DNA of 64,000 bases from Candidatus Caenarcanales bacterium. GTDB taxonomy: Bacteria; Cyanobacteriota; Vampirovibrionia; LMEP-6097. Of the stretch, positions 9,932-19,956 are shown piece after piece (within the stretch, counting starts at the first letter, position 1; each line of letters begins with the position of its first letter). Position numbers and translations under genes: made by a program. The stretch spans positions 3,714 to 67,713 of the forward strand of contig CANHDW010000001.1 in the NCBI GenBank assembly GCA_947459525.1. Direction: 5' to 3'. The notes under the pieces were generated by a model. It did not search any database. It was not told the origin of the DNA and saw nothing but the letters and a program-made list of their open reading frames with translations.

Positions 9932-12900
9932 ATGACTAATGAAACACTTTTACTTATAGACGGTAGCAATCTCGCTTTTAGAATGTTTTTCGCATTAGAA
10001 AGAACCAATCTTAGAAACAAGGATGGTGAGCCAACTTGGGCTATATATGGGACTTTAAAAGCCCTCTTCGATGCGATGGAGATGATCAAACCTACTTCTA
10101 TAGCTGTCGCATTCGACTTACCACAACCTTCTTTTCGCCATGAACTCTATGAAGAATATAAAGCTAACCGCCCAGATGAAATGCCAGATGATTTAAAAGC
10201 ACAATGGGGCTGGATCAAAGAGAGTTTTAAAAGATTGCATATTCCAGTCTTAGAAGAAGCTGGTTTTGAAGCTGATGATCTTATCGGTATATTAACGAAA
10301 GCAGCTGAAAAAGAGGGTATTAAAACCGTCATACTATCTGGTGACAGAGACCTCTTTCAATTAATCAGCGATGATGTTAAAGTAGCAGCGCCACAGCGTG
10401 GCGGGGGCTTAAAGCTCTACAGTCCGCAGGATGTAGTAGAAGAATTAGGCATAAAACCATCGCAGGTAGCTGATTATAAAGGCATAGCTGGGGATAGCTC
10501 TGATAATATACCAGGTGTCAAAGGACTGGGACCTAAGTCAGCTATAAAATTATTAGAAGATTATGGTGACCTTGATAATATTTATCAGAATTTAGAAAAT
10601 ATCATCCCAGCTAAAGTTCAAGAAAAACTAAAAGCCCAAGAAGATTCTGCAAGATTATCAAAGCATCTTGCCACAATCCTTACTGAGGAAATCCATGCAG
10701 GTCAAACAGAAGGATATTTAAAAACAGCTAAGCTTAACCTACCAGATACTGAATCACTGATTGACTTTCTAAAGATCTTTGAATTTCACAGTATTTTAAA
10801 AAAATTACCAGTACTCCTAAAAAGTTTTAATAATGGTGACTTAGTTAAAGTAAGTATAAATATAGACGAGGAATCTACGGATGGCTCTAATAAAGCATTT
10901 GAACAAGTAGATCAAGAAATCAGAAAATTAGAACTCAGTGCCATTATTATAGACAGCGAAGAAAAGCTTAAAGAACTCAGTGATGAACTTAAAAAAGTTA
11001 ATATCTTTGCAATAGACTTAGAAACCACTGGTTTAAATACTCTTAACTGCAAGATAGTCGGCTGGGCGTTTGCCTTTCATAAAGCAGATACTACTGATGA
11101 AAATATTTATTCCTATTACATCCCAGTTAAACAACCTCTTGAAGTAAAAGAGGTAGAAAACCTAAGTGTAAGCCAGGGTTCGTTGTTTACGCAGACTATG
11201 CTTGCGGAGCATGAATCGAGCGAGTCCAAGAACAGCGCAGCAACTTTAACAAAAGAAAACTCTAAATTATTAAGTCACAGCCTAGTTTTAAAATATTTAA
11301 AACCCATTCTAGAAAACAAGAATCAACTACAAATTATCCAAAATGCCAAATTTGAGCACAAATTATTTAAACGCCTTGGCGTCGTAACTCACAGTAATTT
11401 TTTCGATATTATGCTAGCTAGCTACGTGGAAAATCCAAGTAACAAACATGGTCTTAAACAACAGTCTAAAAGAATACTGCATTTAAGAATGAAAGAAATA
11501 GAAGAACTTATCGGCACTGGGCGAAAACAAATAACCCTAGACCAAGTCCCGATGAATGATGTCGCTGATTATGCAGCAGCAGATGCTTTCATCACTTATA
11601 GGCTTTATCTCTACTATCAAAAAACTTTAAATAAAAAACAATTAGAGCTTTTAAAAAATATCGACTTCCCTTTCGTAGAAGTACTTACAGAGATAGAGAA
11701 TACTGGAATAAGCATAGATACTAAATATTTTTCAGAATTATCTATAGAGCTACATCAAAAAATCACGGTGCTAGAAGAAAGCATATTTAAATTATCTGGA
11801 AAGCAATTCAATATAGCTTCACCAAAACAGCTCAGCGAAACACTATTTATTGAACTTGGCATTAAAAATGATGGTAAAAAAAATAAATCTGGTAATTTTT
11901 CCACTGACCAAGATACTCTTGAGAAACTATTAATAGAGGCTGACCTCAACTCTGAACAAAAGACTTTAATACAGAAAATCCTTGAATACCGCTCGCTAAC
12001 CAAACTTACAAGTACCTACGTCGACAACCTACCACAACTTATCGCTAAAGAGACTCAGAGAATACATTCTGACTTTAATCAAGTTCTCACTACTACAGGC
12101 AGGCTCAGCTCTTCTAATCCTAATTTGCAAAACATTCCTATCAAAACAGAACTAGGACGCAAAGTGAGAACAGGTTTCACAACGGCTAATGAAAATAACT
12201 TTATAGTAAGTGCTGATTATTCCCAGATAGAGCTTAGGGTATTAGCTCATTTAGCGAATGAACAAGAATTAATCAGAGCTTTTCAGAATAACGAAGATAT
12301 TCATACTCAAACTGCAATTAAAATAATGGATAAAAAGCCAGAAGAAATTACTGCTGATGATAGGAGAATAGGGAAAACTCTAAACTTTGCTTTAGTTTAT
12401 ATGCAAGGAACTTTCGCTACCGCTCAGCAATTGAATATTACGAATAAAGAAGCGAAATACTTTATAGATAAATATTTTGAAATTTACTCCTCTATAAAAC
12501 CTTTTATGGCAAGCACGCTTGAGTTCGCCCACGAGAATTCATATGTAGAAAATATCTTCGGCAGAAGAAGATATTTTCAGAATATTAACAGTAATAATAA
12601 AATGCTCCAAAAAGAAGAAGAGAGACAAGCCTTTAACACAGTTATTCAAAGTGCTGCGGCTGACATTATGAAACAGGCAATGATAAAAATTAAAGCTAAG
12701 CTTTCTGAAAATATAGAACCTGAACCTCTAAACGATACTGTTTTAAATGCTTCTGAAAGCTTTAATATTCCAAGAATCATACTCCAAGTGCATGACGAGA
12801 TATTAATAGAATGTCAAGAAAAAAATCTTAGTTCAGTCCAAAACATCGTTAAAGACTGCATGGAAAAAGTTGTTCAGCTTAAAGTACCATTATTAGCTAA

Positions 12901-12937
12901 TATCGGTTCTGGTAAGAACTGGCTTGAAGCACATTAA
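9932..12937 (+). CDS. polA: DNA polymerase I (5'-3' exonuclease, 3'-5' exonuclease and polymerase domains)
   Basis: 1001 aa. N-terminal LLIDGSNLAFRMFFAL (5' nuclease), DYSQIELRVLAHL (motif A) and QVHDEILIEC (motif C). About 70 aa longer than typical, with inserted segments. Confidence 0.92.
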   Translation: MTNETLLLIDGSNLAFRMFFALERTNLRNKDGEPTWAIYGTLKALFDAMEMIKPTSIAVAFDLPQPSFRHELYEEYKANRPDEMPDDLKAQWGWIKESFKRLHIPVLEEAGFEADDLIGILTKAAEKEGIKTVILSGDRDLFQLISDDVKVAAPQRGGGLKLYSPQDVVEELGIKPSQVADYKGIAGDSSDNIPGVKGLGPKSAIKLLEDYGDLDNIYQNLENIIPAKVQEKLKAQEDSARLSKHLATILTEEIHAGQTEGYLKTAKLNLPDTESLIDFLKIFEFHSILKKLPVLLKSFNNGDLVKVSINIDEESTDGSNKAFEQVDQEIRKLELSAIIIDSEEKLKELSDELKKVNIFAIDLETTGLNTLNCKIVGWAFAFHKADTTDENIYSYYIPVKQPLEVKEVENLSVSQGSLFTQTMLAEHESSESKNSAATLTKENSKLLSHSLVLKYLKPILENKNQLQIIQNAKFEHKLFKRLGVVTHSNFFDIMLASYVENPSNKHGLKQQSKRILHLRMKEIEELIGTGRKQITLDQVPMNDVADYAAADAFITYRLYLYYQKTLNKKQLELLKNIDFPFVEVLTEIENTGISIDTKYFSELSIELHQKITVLEESIFKLSGKQFNIASPKQLSETLFIELGIKNDGKKNKSGNFSTDQDTLEKLLIEADLNSEQKTLIQKILEYRSLTKLTSTYVDNLPQLIAKETQRIHSDFNQVLTTTGRLSSSNPNLQNIPIKTELGRKVRTGFTTANENNFIVSADYSQIELRVLAHLANEQELIRAFQNNEDIHTQTAIKIMDKKPEEITADDRRIGKTLNFALVYMQGTFATAQQLNITNKEAKYFIDKYFEIYSSIKPFMASTLEFAHENSYVENIFGRRRYFQNINSNNKMLQKEEERQAFNTVIQSAAADIMKQAMIKIKAKLSENIEPEPLNDTVLNASESFNIPRIILQVHDEILIECQEKNLSSVQNIVKDCMEKVVQLKVPLLANIGSGKNWLEAH

Positions 12938-12942
12938 GTGAA

Positions 12943-13182
12943 CTAATCACTAGAAATCTCATTAGTCCTTTCTTTAGGAGTAAGTTCATCTGGCTTCCTA
13001 TACGCTACTTCAATAAAACCATCTTCACCCCTGCCCTCTGCATCAACCTTGTTCTCTTCGTCTTCATCAAAACCAAGAACAGCAACTGGATTAAACATAC
13101 TAGCTGGATCCTCAAATGGTCGAGTAACATTATCACCTAAATTAGTAAAAGGGGCAGTAAAAATCTTTCCAATGTCAAACAT
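12943..13182 (-). CDS. Hypothetical small acidic protein
   Basis: 79-aa ORF downstream of the HAD hydrolase gene on the same strand. No recognisable motif. Coding status uncertain. Confidence 0.35.
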   Translation of the reverse strand: MFDIGKIFTAPFTNLGDNVTRPFEDPASMFNPVAVLGFDEDEENKVDAEGRGEDGFIEVAYRKPDELTPKERTNEISSD

Positions 13183-13229
13183 ATGTTCTCCTAATCAACT
13201 TTTGTTAGACAGAGCTTTGCATAAAGAGA

Positions 13230-13913
13230 TTAAAAAAGAGTTAAACAATAAAAATCATCTATAACAAAATCTGCCTTCAAAGCTAGTATTTCATCCACTG
13301 GAAGCGTAGAAGTAAGAGCCACCACTCTAGCTCCAGCGTTAAGTCCAGCTAATATCCCAGATTTAGAATCTTCAAAAACCACACATTCTTGAGGCTTAAA
13401 ACCAAGCTCACTTGCGGCTTTTAAATATATTTCTGGATCTGGCTTACTATTTTTAATCATCGTGTCATCTATAACTAAACGAAAATACTTTCTCAGATTA
13501 GCTTTCTCTAAAGTAAATTCCACATTAACTGGTGGGGCAGATGTTCCTATAGCTCTTGGTATATTAAGGCTATCTAAAAGATCTAAAAATTCTATTAATC
13601 CGGGTGCTGGTTTTATAGAATCCAGATAAAGCTCCCTGTAAATAAGTTCTTTTTCTTGAGCATATTCTTCGACTAATTCATCAGTCAAGCCACTATCAAA
13701 TAAATTTAAAAGCCATTCTCTATTCGTTCTGCCATAAATCTTTTCAGCCATATCTTCATCTGTAAGATGAAAACCTTTACTAGAGCAGAATTGTTTTAAT
13801 GCCTTTTTATGAAACTCAGTGTTATAAACAAGAACACCATCCATGTCAAAAATAACGGCTTTAATATCTTTAAAAATTTCCTTAAAGGTCTGGGAATGAT
13901 TAATTGTAGTCAT
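13230..13913 (-). CDS. HAD-superfamily hydrolase (beta-phosphoglucomutase/phosphatase-like, subfamily IA)
   Basis: 227 aa; the AVIFDMDGVLV motif I (DxDG) is near the N-terminus. Confidence 0.8.
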   Translation of the reverse strand: MTTINHSQTFKEIFKDIKAVIFDMDGVLVYNTEFHKKALKQFCSSKGFHLTDEDMAEKIYGRTNREWLLNLFDSGLTDELVEEYAQEKELIYRELYLDSIKPAPGLIEFLDLLDSLNIPRAIGTSAPPVNVEFTLEKANLRKYFRLVIDDTMIKNSKPDPEIYLKAASELGFKPQECVVFEDSKSGILAGLNAGARVVALTSTLPVDEILALKADFVIDDFYCLTLF

Positions 13914-13935
13914 ATGGGAAAATAATAACTAATGC

Positions 13936-14718
13936 ATGATTAAAAAAGTAAAAGTTTTAAATAAAGACGAATGCGAAAATATTTTCAGAATTATACTTGA
14001 GCTAAAAAGCTTTTGGAAATTAAGAAACGAAGATGATCACCCATTCGAGCTACCTAGATTTACTTTAGGAGCAGTTAGTTATATAGATGCCGTAAGCTCC
14101 TACCATAATTATCAAGAAGAAGCTGCTCTGCAGAACCCTTTACTAGAAAAGCACTTAGGAAATTTATATATAAAAGTCTTACATGAATTAGAAAAAGCTA
14201 CTGGAATAGAGTGTGAATATTCTAAGACTAATGCTCTACCAGGGTTTCACATATTCGGTAGTGATATTTATTTCGAAGAAGAAGCTGGTAAATTTCACCA
14301 TGATAGACAGAATGAATTAATTGACTGGGGAGAAATAAGCTATGACCCGATAAAAAATCTCAGCTTTACCTTATCCATAAAGCTTCCTAACAGAGGAGCT
14401 GGATTAATATTACTAGGTGATCAAGTAGAAGTCGGGGACTTTTTAAAAGAAAATGAAGAAGACAGTCAAATTCTACAAGAAGTAATCGAAAATAGCTTTC
14501 AGATGAATACTATTTTTCAAACAAGAGATGATACGCATATAAATTTAAACGAGCTTGAATTGATTGAATATGAAGAAGGTTATATGTTTATCCACTCTGG
14601 TAAATTTACACATGCGATGGCTCCAGCGATAGAAATGTCTCCAGAAGATATGAGAATTACACTGCAAGGCCATGGGATTTTAGATGAAAAAAGTAATAAA
14701 TACTTAATTTACTGGTGA
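13936..14718 (+). CDS. Hypothetical protein (possible double-stranded beta-helix/2OG-Fe(II) oxygenase-like fold, speculative)
   Basis: 260 aa with a clean ORF. FHHDRQ ... GKFTHAMAP resembles an HxD...H metal triad, but this is weak. Confidence 0.5.
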   Translation: MIKKVKVLNKDECENIFRIILELKSFWKLRNEDDHPFELPRFTLGAVSYIDAVSSYHNYQEEAALQNPLLEKHLGNLYIKVLHELEKATGIECEYSKTNALPGFHIFGSDIYFEEEAGKFHHDRQNELIDWGEISYDPIKNLSFTLSIKLPNRGAGLILLGDQVEVGDFLKENEEDSQILQEVIENSFQMNTIFQTRDDTHINLNELELIEYEEGYMFIHSGKFTHAMAPAIEMSPEDMRITLQGHGILDEKSNKYLIYW

Positions 14719-14737
14719 GCTATAATTTTAAGCTCAG

Positions 14738-17599
14738 ATGTTTCAAAGCTTCCTAAAATTACTTAGAGGTAATCCCAACCAACAGATATTAAATGGTATT
14801 CAACCAATAGTCGAAAAAGTTAATGCTTTTGAAGAAAATATATCTAAATTAAGTGATACTGAACTGCAAGCCAAAACTGATGAATTTAAAATTAAAATTC
14901 AGGAAAAAATCAGTGCAACTCCTTTTCAAAAACTTATAGAAGACGATGTACCTAAATTACCTGGACAGTTAAGAACCACTCATGATAAAGCTCTATCAGA
15001 AATATTAGAAGAGTTATTACCAGAGGCTTTTGCCGTATGCAGAGAAGCTTCTAAAAGAATTCTTAAAATGAGGCACTATGATGTTCAGCTCATAGGTGGT
15101 GTTCAGTTACACAGAACAGGCATAGCTGAAATGCAGACTGGGGAAGGGAAAACGTTAGTATGTACTTTACCTGCTTATTTAAATGCTCTTAGTGGTAGAG
15201 GTGTTCATATTATTACAGTAAATGATTACCTTGCTAAACGTGATTCTGAGTGGATGGGTAAGCTTTTTAATTTTCTAGGATTAAGTGTAGGACTTATAGT
15301 TTCAGGAAAAAATTCTAAAGATAGGCAGATAGCTTATAGGTCAGATATTACTTATGGAACTAATAACGAATTCGGTTTCGATTATCTTAGAGATAATATG
15401 GCAAGCGACATTACAGAATGTGTTCAAAAAGATTATTACATGGCGATAGTCGATGAAGTCGATAGTATTTTAATTGATGAAGCTCGCACACCACTTATTA
15501 TCAGTGGCATGCCAGACAGACGCAAAAAAGAAATCTACTTAGCGATGAATCAGTTATCCAAGCAGCTTAAAAAAACCACTAATGAAAAAGATCTTAGTGC
15601 AGAAGCTCATTACTTCGTAGATGAAAAAGCTAAAAATGCGATATTAACTGAAGCTGGAATTTTAAGAGCAGAGGAGTTACTAAAAGTAAATAACCTATGG
15701 GACCCGGAAACCAATCTAGCTCACCATCTTATACAGGCTTTAAGAGCAAAAGAATTATTCGTTAAAGATACTGACTACATAGTACAAGTTAATCCTAAAA
15801 CTACCAAAAAAGAAGTCGTTATAGTCGATGAATTCACTGGCAGATTAATGGAAGGAAGACGCTGGGGTGATGGTCTCCATCAAGCAGTAGAAGCAAAAGA
15901 AAATGTAGCGATTCAAGAAGAAACGCTTACCATGGCAAGCATCACTTTCCAAAACCTTTTCAGACTATACCCTAAGCTAGCTGGTATGACTGGTACAGCT
16001 AGCACAGAAGCTGAAGAATTTAAAAAAATCTATAACCTTCATGTACTCACTATTCCAACAAATAGAGAATGTGCTCGTAAAAACTTAAACGATATAGTTT
16101 TAAAAACAGAGCTAGCTAAATTTTATTCAATTTTAGTGGAAATCATTGAAGCCTATAAGGTGGAAAGACCTACTCTAGTGGGAACTACTAGTATAGAAAA
16201 ATCTGAATTACTTGCAAGTATGCTAGATAGACCACTGTATGCGATGCAGATTCTTGAGACTAGAATTAAAAGATTTTTAAATCTCGCGAAAAATAAAAAC
16301 AAAGAAAACCTTATAGATAAAGAGTTCTTAAAACTACTTGATAAACCAGGGAATATTACACTAGAAAAGGTTTCACCATATACAGTAAAACTCAGAGAGG
16401 ATTTTCACGGTGAAGAGCTGAGTTTCGCTTTAGATACGATGTTGCAAGCCATTATGGTAGCTGAAGAGATTAAAAAAGGTATTAAGTTTTCTGTACTCAA
16501 CGCTAAACACCATGAAAAAGAAGCTGAGATTATTAGACAGGCTGGCAAACTTTCAGCTATTACTATAGCTACTAACATGGCTGGAAGAGGAACTGACATT
16601 ATACTAGGTGGTTATAAATCTAATGATCACGAGAGCCCAGACTTTAATGTAGTTAATTTAGAAGCCCAAGAAAAAGTGAAAAAACTTGGTGGGCTATATG
16701 TCATAGGTACGGAGAGGCACGAAAGCAGGAGAATAGATAATCAGCTCAGAGGCAGATGTGCAAGACAGGGCGATCTCGGTTCATCAAGATTCTTTTTATC
16801 ACTAGAGGATAATTTAATGAGAATCTTTGGTGGAGAGAGAATGATAGGCATAATGAACATGATGAAAGCTGATGATGATATGCCGATAGAAGCTGGAATT
16901 ATAACTGAAGCCATAAATAATTCACAGAAAAAAGTAGAATCTTATAACTTCGATGTCAGAAAGCATGTTTTACAGTACGATGACGTAGTAAATACACAGA
17001 GAGAAGTCGTTTACAGAGAGAGAAGAAAAATTCTTGAAGGTGCTGATATTCATGAAAATATTTTAAAAATGATTAAACTGCATATAGAGAATGATTTATA
17101 TCAGTACATTAATCCTAAACTCCCAACAGAATTATGGTTTGATAACTCTAATGGCGAACTAAGTTCAATGGATAAATTAACTGAACAATTAAAAAATGAC
17201 CTTGGTGAGAATATCCTAGATAACATAAAAATTAAAGATTTAGCCGAACAGGGCTTCGATGCATTAGAAGCTGGTTTACAAGAGACCGCTCTAAAAGCTT
17301 ACAGTGAAAAGGAAAATGTTATAGGACTTGATAACCTTAAAGAAGCTGAAAGACAGATCATGCTGCATGTTATAGACTCTAAATGGGTTATGCACTTGCA
17401 GGCGATGGATTCACTTAAAGAAGGTATTCACCTTCAAGGCTATGGTCAGAAAGATCCTTTAATCGAATATAAGAAAGAAAGCTTTGATATGTTTGAAGAC
17501 CTGCTACTTGATATTAAGAAGAACACTGTCAGCCTGCTATTCCATTCCCGCATAGTCGAAAAAGATCAGCACGAACATGAGCATGAAACAGCAGCTTAA
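14738..17599 (+). CDS. secA: Preprotein translocase ATPase SecA
   Basis: 953 aa; the MQTGEGKTLV Walker A, the DEVDSILIDEARTPLIISG DEAD motif and the RGTDIILGG motif are diagnostic of SecA. Confidence 0.95.
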   Translation: MFQSFLKLLRGNPNQQILNGIQPIVEKVNAFEENISKLSDTELQAKTDEFKIKIQEKISATPFQKLIEDDVPKLPGQLRTTHDKALSEILEELLPEAFAVCREASKRILKMRHYDVQLIGGVQLHRTGIAEMQTGEGKTLVCTLPAYLNALSGRGVHIITVNDYLAKRDSEWMGKLFNFLGLSVGLIVSGKNSKDRQIAYRSDITYGTNNEFGFDYLRDNMASDITECVQKDYYMAIVDEVDSILIDEARTPLIISGMPDRRKKEIYLAMNQLSKQLKKTTNEKDLSAEAHYFVDEKAKNAILTEAGILRAEELLKVNNLWDPETNLAHHLIQALRAKELFVKDTDYIVQVNPKTTKKEVVIVDEFTGRLMEGRRWGDGLHQAVEAKENVAIQEETLTMASITFQNLFRLYPKLAGMTGTASTEAEEFKKIYNLHVLTIPTNRECARKNLNDIVLKTELAKFYSILVEIIEAYKVERPTLVGTTSIEKSELLASMLDRPLYAMQILETRIKRFLNLAKNKNKENLIDKEFLKLLDKPGNITLEKVSPYTVKLREDFHGEELSFALDTMLQAIMVAEEIKKGIKFSVLNAKHHEKEAEIIRQAGKLSAITIATNMAGRGTDIILGGYKSNDHESPDFNVVNLEAQEKVKKLGGLYVIGTERHESRRIDNQLRGRCARQGDLGSSRFFLSLEDNLMRIFGGERMIGIMNMMKADDDMPIEAGIITEAINNSQKKVESYNFDVRKHVLQYDDVVNTQREVVYRERRKILEGADIHENILKMIKLHIENDLYQYINPKLPTELWFDNSNGELSSMDKLTEQLKNDLGENILDNIKIKDLAEQGFDALEAGLQETALKAYSEKENVIGLDNLKEAERQIMLHVIDSKWVMHLQAMDSLKEGIHLQGYGQKDPLIEYKKESFDMFEDLLLDIKKNTVSLLFHSRIVEKDQHEHEHETAA

Positions 17600-19136
17600 T
17601 TTAAGCGAAGAAGAATTTATCACTAAAGCTAGGGCTGGTGAAAAAATTATCAGTAATTTTGCTTGCCTGCTCTCAGACTTAGACACACCAGTTTCAACTT
17701 ATGCTAAATTAAGTCAGCACTTTAAAGACTGTTTTTTGTTCGAATCAGTACTTGGTGGTGAAAAGCTTGGTAGATATTCATTTATCGGTGCAAATGCACT
17801 AAATAAATTCTCTTCATTCAAAACAGATGATTTTAGTCCTTATGATGAAATTGAAAATTTATTAGCGAATTATAGTTACCAAAACCAAAACCTGAACATC
17901 CAAGACACTGTCACTCACGATATTTCACAAGAGTTAAAATTTTTCCATAAAGGCTTCGTCGGTTTCTTTTCTTTTGAGTCGATAGAAAGGATAGAACCTA
18001 GCTTAGATTTAAAAGAAAGCCCTCTTCCTGAGTATTTTCTCTATTTAGCAGGCAGTTTAATAGTCTTCGATCATGTCGAACAAAAACTCTACATCATCTC
18101 AAATTCGCTCATAGAGAGCTTAGAGACTGAATATCTAAAAAATACTTATCAGAAAAATACTGAAGATATAAACCAACTGATCACAATCATCTCTGAAGAA
18201 CATACTTTAGAGAAAATTAATGACACTTCTAGTAAAAATACTAAAGAGAAAGAGCTGGAAATCAGAAAATTTAAATCCAATAGCTCAGAAAAAGCTTTTA
18301 GAGAAATGGTTAAAAAGGCACAGGAACACATTCTCGAAGGAGATATCTTCCAAGTCGTGCTTTCACAGAGATTTTTCCTCGAAGCTGAGTTAGACCCACT
18401 CACGACTTATCGCTTACTCAGGAGTCTTAACCCCTCACCATACCTTTATCTCTTCAATGTAGATCTCAGCCACTTAGATAAAGAGAGTTTCAGTATAGTA
18501 GGTTCTTCGCCAGAGATGTTAATTAAATCAGAGATTCTCGAAAATGAAAATGGTGAAAGTGAAATATGGGCAGAACTTAGACCTATCGCTGGTACCTACA
18601 AAAGAGGAAAAAACGCCAACGAGGATAAAATACTCACTGAAAAACTTTTAAAAGATACTAAAGAAATAGCAGAGCATGTGATGCTAGTAGATCTTGGTCG
18701 AAATGATCTAGGCAGGGTCTGTGAAAACGGCACTATTCATTTGGCTGAAAACATGGTAGTAGAGAAGTATTCACACGTATTACACATAGTCAGCTCAGTG
18801 AAAGGGAAACTTAAAAAGACGATTAACAGCATAGCCTTACTTAAAGCCTGCTTCCCAGCAGGCACGCTTACTGGTGCCCCTAAAATTGAGGCGATTAAAA
18901 TCATTTCTAAATTAGAGAATGAAGCCCGCGGCCCCTATGGTGGCTGCATCGGCTATATTAATTTAGATGGCACTATAAATGTAGCGATTATGATAAGAAC
19001 TATTATCCTTGAAAAGCATCAAGCTTCTATACAATGTGGCGCTGGCATAGTCGCAGACTCTTCTCCTGAATCTGAATATCAAGAAACTTTTAATAAGGCA
19101 AGAGCCTTAATGGAAGTATTATCAGCCTCGGCTTAA
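17577..19136 (+). CDS. Chorismate-utilising enzyme: anthranilate synthase component I (TrpE) or aminodeoxychorismate synthase (PabB)
   Basis: 519 aa; N-terminal LSDLDTPVSTYAKL (TrpE-like) and the C-terminal chorismate-binding domain PYGGCIGYINLDG...GAGIVADSSPESEYQE. It overlaps the secA 3' end by 23 bp. Confidence 0.8.
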   Translation: MSMKQQLNLSEEEFITKARAGEKIISNFACLLSDLDTPVSTYAKLSQHFKDCFLFESVLGGEKLGRYSFIGANALNKFSSFKTDDFSPYDEIENLLANYSYQNQNLNIQDTVTHDISQELKFFHKGFVGFFSFESIERIEPSLDLKESPLPEYFLYLAGSLIVFDHVEQKLYIISNSLIESLETEYLKNTYQKNTEDINQLITIISEEHTLEKINDTSSKNTKEKELEIRKFKSNSSEKAFREMVKKAQEHILEGDIFQVVLSQRFFLEAELDPLTTYRLLRSLNPSPYLYLFNVDLSHLDKESFSIVGSSPEMLIKSEILENENGESEIWAELRPIAGTYKRGKNANEDKILTEKLLKDTKEIAEHVMLVDLGRNDLGRVCENGTIHLAENMVVEKYSHVLHIVSSVKGKLKKTINSIALLKACFPAGTLTGAPKIEAIKIISKLENEARGPYGGCIGYINLDGTINVAIMIRTIILEKHQASIQCGAGIVADSSPESEYQETFNKARALMEVLSASA

Positions 19137-19942
19137 ATTAAACCTAGCTTAGTGAACAACACTACAGCAGCAGTCTCAGCCCGAAGAATTCTCTTTCCAA
19201 GACTAATGCCTTTAAAGTCTGTCTTTTCTAAAGCCTCTACTTCTTCTATACTCAAACCACCTTCTGGTCCAATTAAAAGAGAAACTTTTTTCATATCCTT
19301 AGACCCTCCTTGTTTAATCTCAGCTTTCTCCCTTGGACCTTCACTCAAAGAAAGCCTCTCTGAGGCAAAAAGCTTAATAGTGTCTTTATCGATTTTCTGA
19401 TTCAATCTAATTAAATCTTCAAAGCCAATAACTGGATTTAATTTCGCAAATACAGATCCTTCACACTGTTCAGTCGCCGACTCAATAATTTTCAAAATTC
19501 TTTCTTGATATGAGTGTTCCTTAAGTTTCCTTAAATATTTCTTCTGACTAAACTTAAAAAATACTGGAGTAAATTCCTGAACTCCTAGCTCACAGAGTTT
19601 TCTTAACATTAATTCAAAATTTTCATTTTTAATAATCGGCACATAAAAGTTCACATAAGTATCAAGCTCTCTAGGACTCTGTTTTATATCTACTATTTCA
19701 AAATCTATTTTTTTTAATATTTTACTACCGATTTCAGTAAGCAACCTTACTTCATAAACATTACGAGAAAAACCATCTATCAGCTCAATCTTATTATGAC
19801 CTTCATCTTCTGGGTATCTTAAAACTTTAATAAGTTGATGAATTAAATTTTGTTTTTTGGTGGTTATAATCTTATTAGATGCATCAATGAGATCGTCTTC
19901 TTTGTTTATCGCGAATCTGTAAGATCTGACCATAATAACCAA
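19133..19942 (-). CDS. rsmE: 16S rRNA (uracil1498-N3)-methyltransferase RsmE-like SPOUT methyltransferase
   Basis: 269 aa; C-terminal LLIGPEGGLSIEEVEAL...LGKRILRAETAAV is the RsmE SPOUT signature. Confidence 0.75.
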   Translation of the reverse strand: MVIMVRSYRFAINKEDDLIDASNKIITTKKQNLIHQLIKVLRYPEDEGHNKIELIDGFSRNVYEVRLLTEIGSKILKKIDFEIVDIKQSPRELDTYVNFYVPIIKNENFELMLRKLCELGVQEFTPVFFKFSQKKYLRKLKEHSYQERILKIIESATEQCEGSVFAKLNPVIGFEDLIRLNQKIDKDTIKLFASERLSLSEGPREKAEIKQGGSKDMKKVSLLIGPEGGLSIEEVEALEKTDFKGISLGKRILRAETAAVVLFTKLGLI

Positions 19943-19956
19943 AAAATTATATTACT

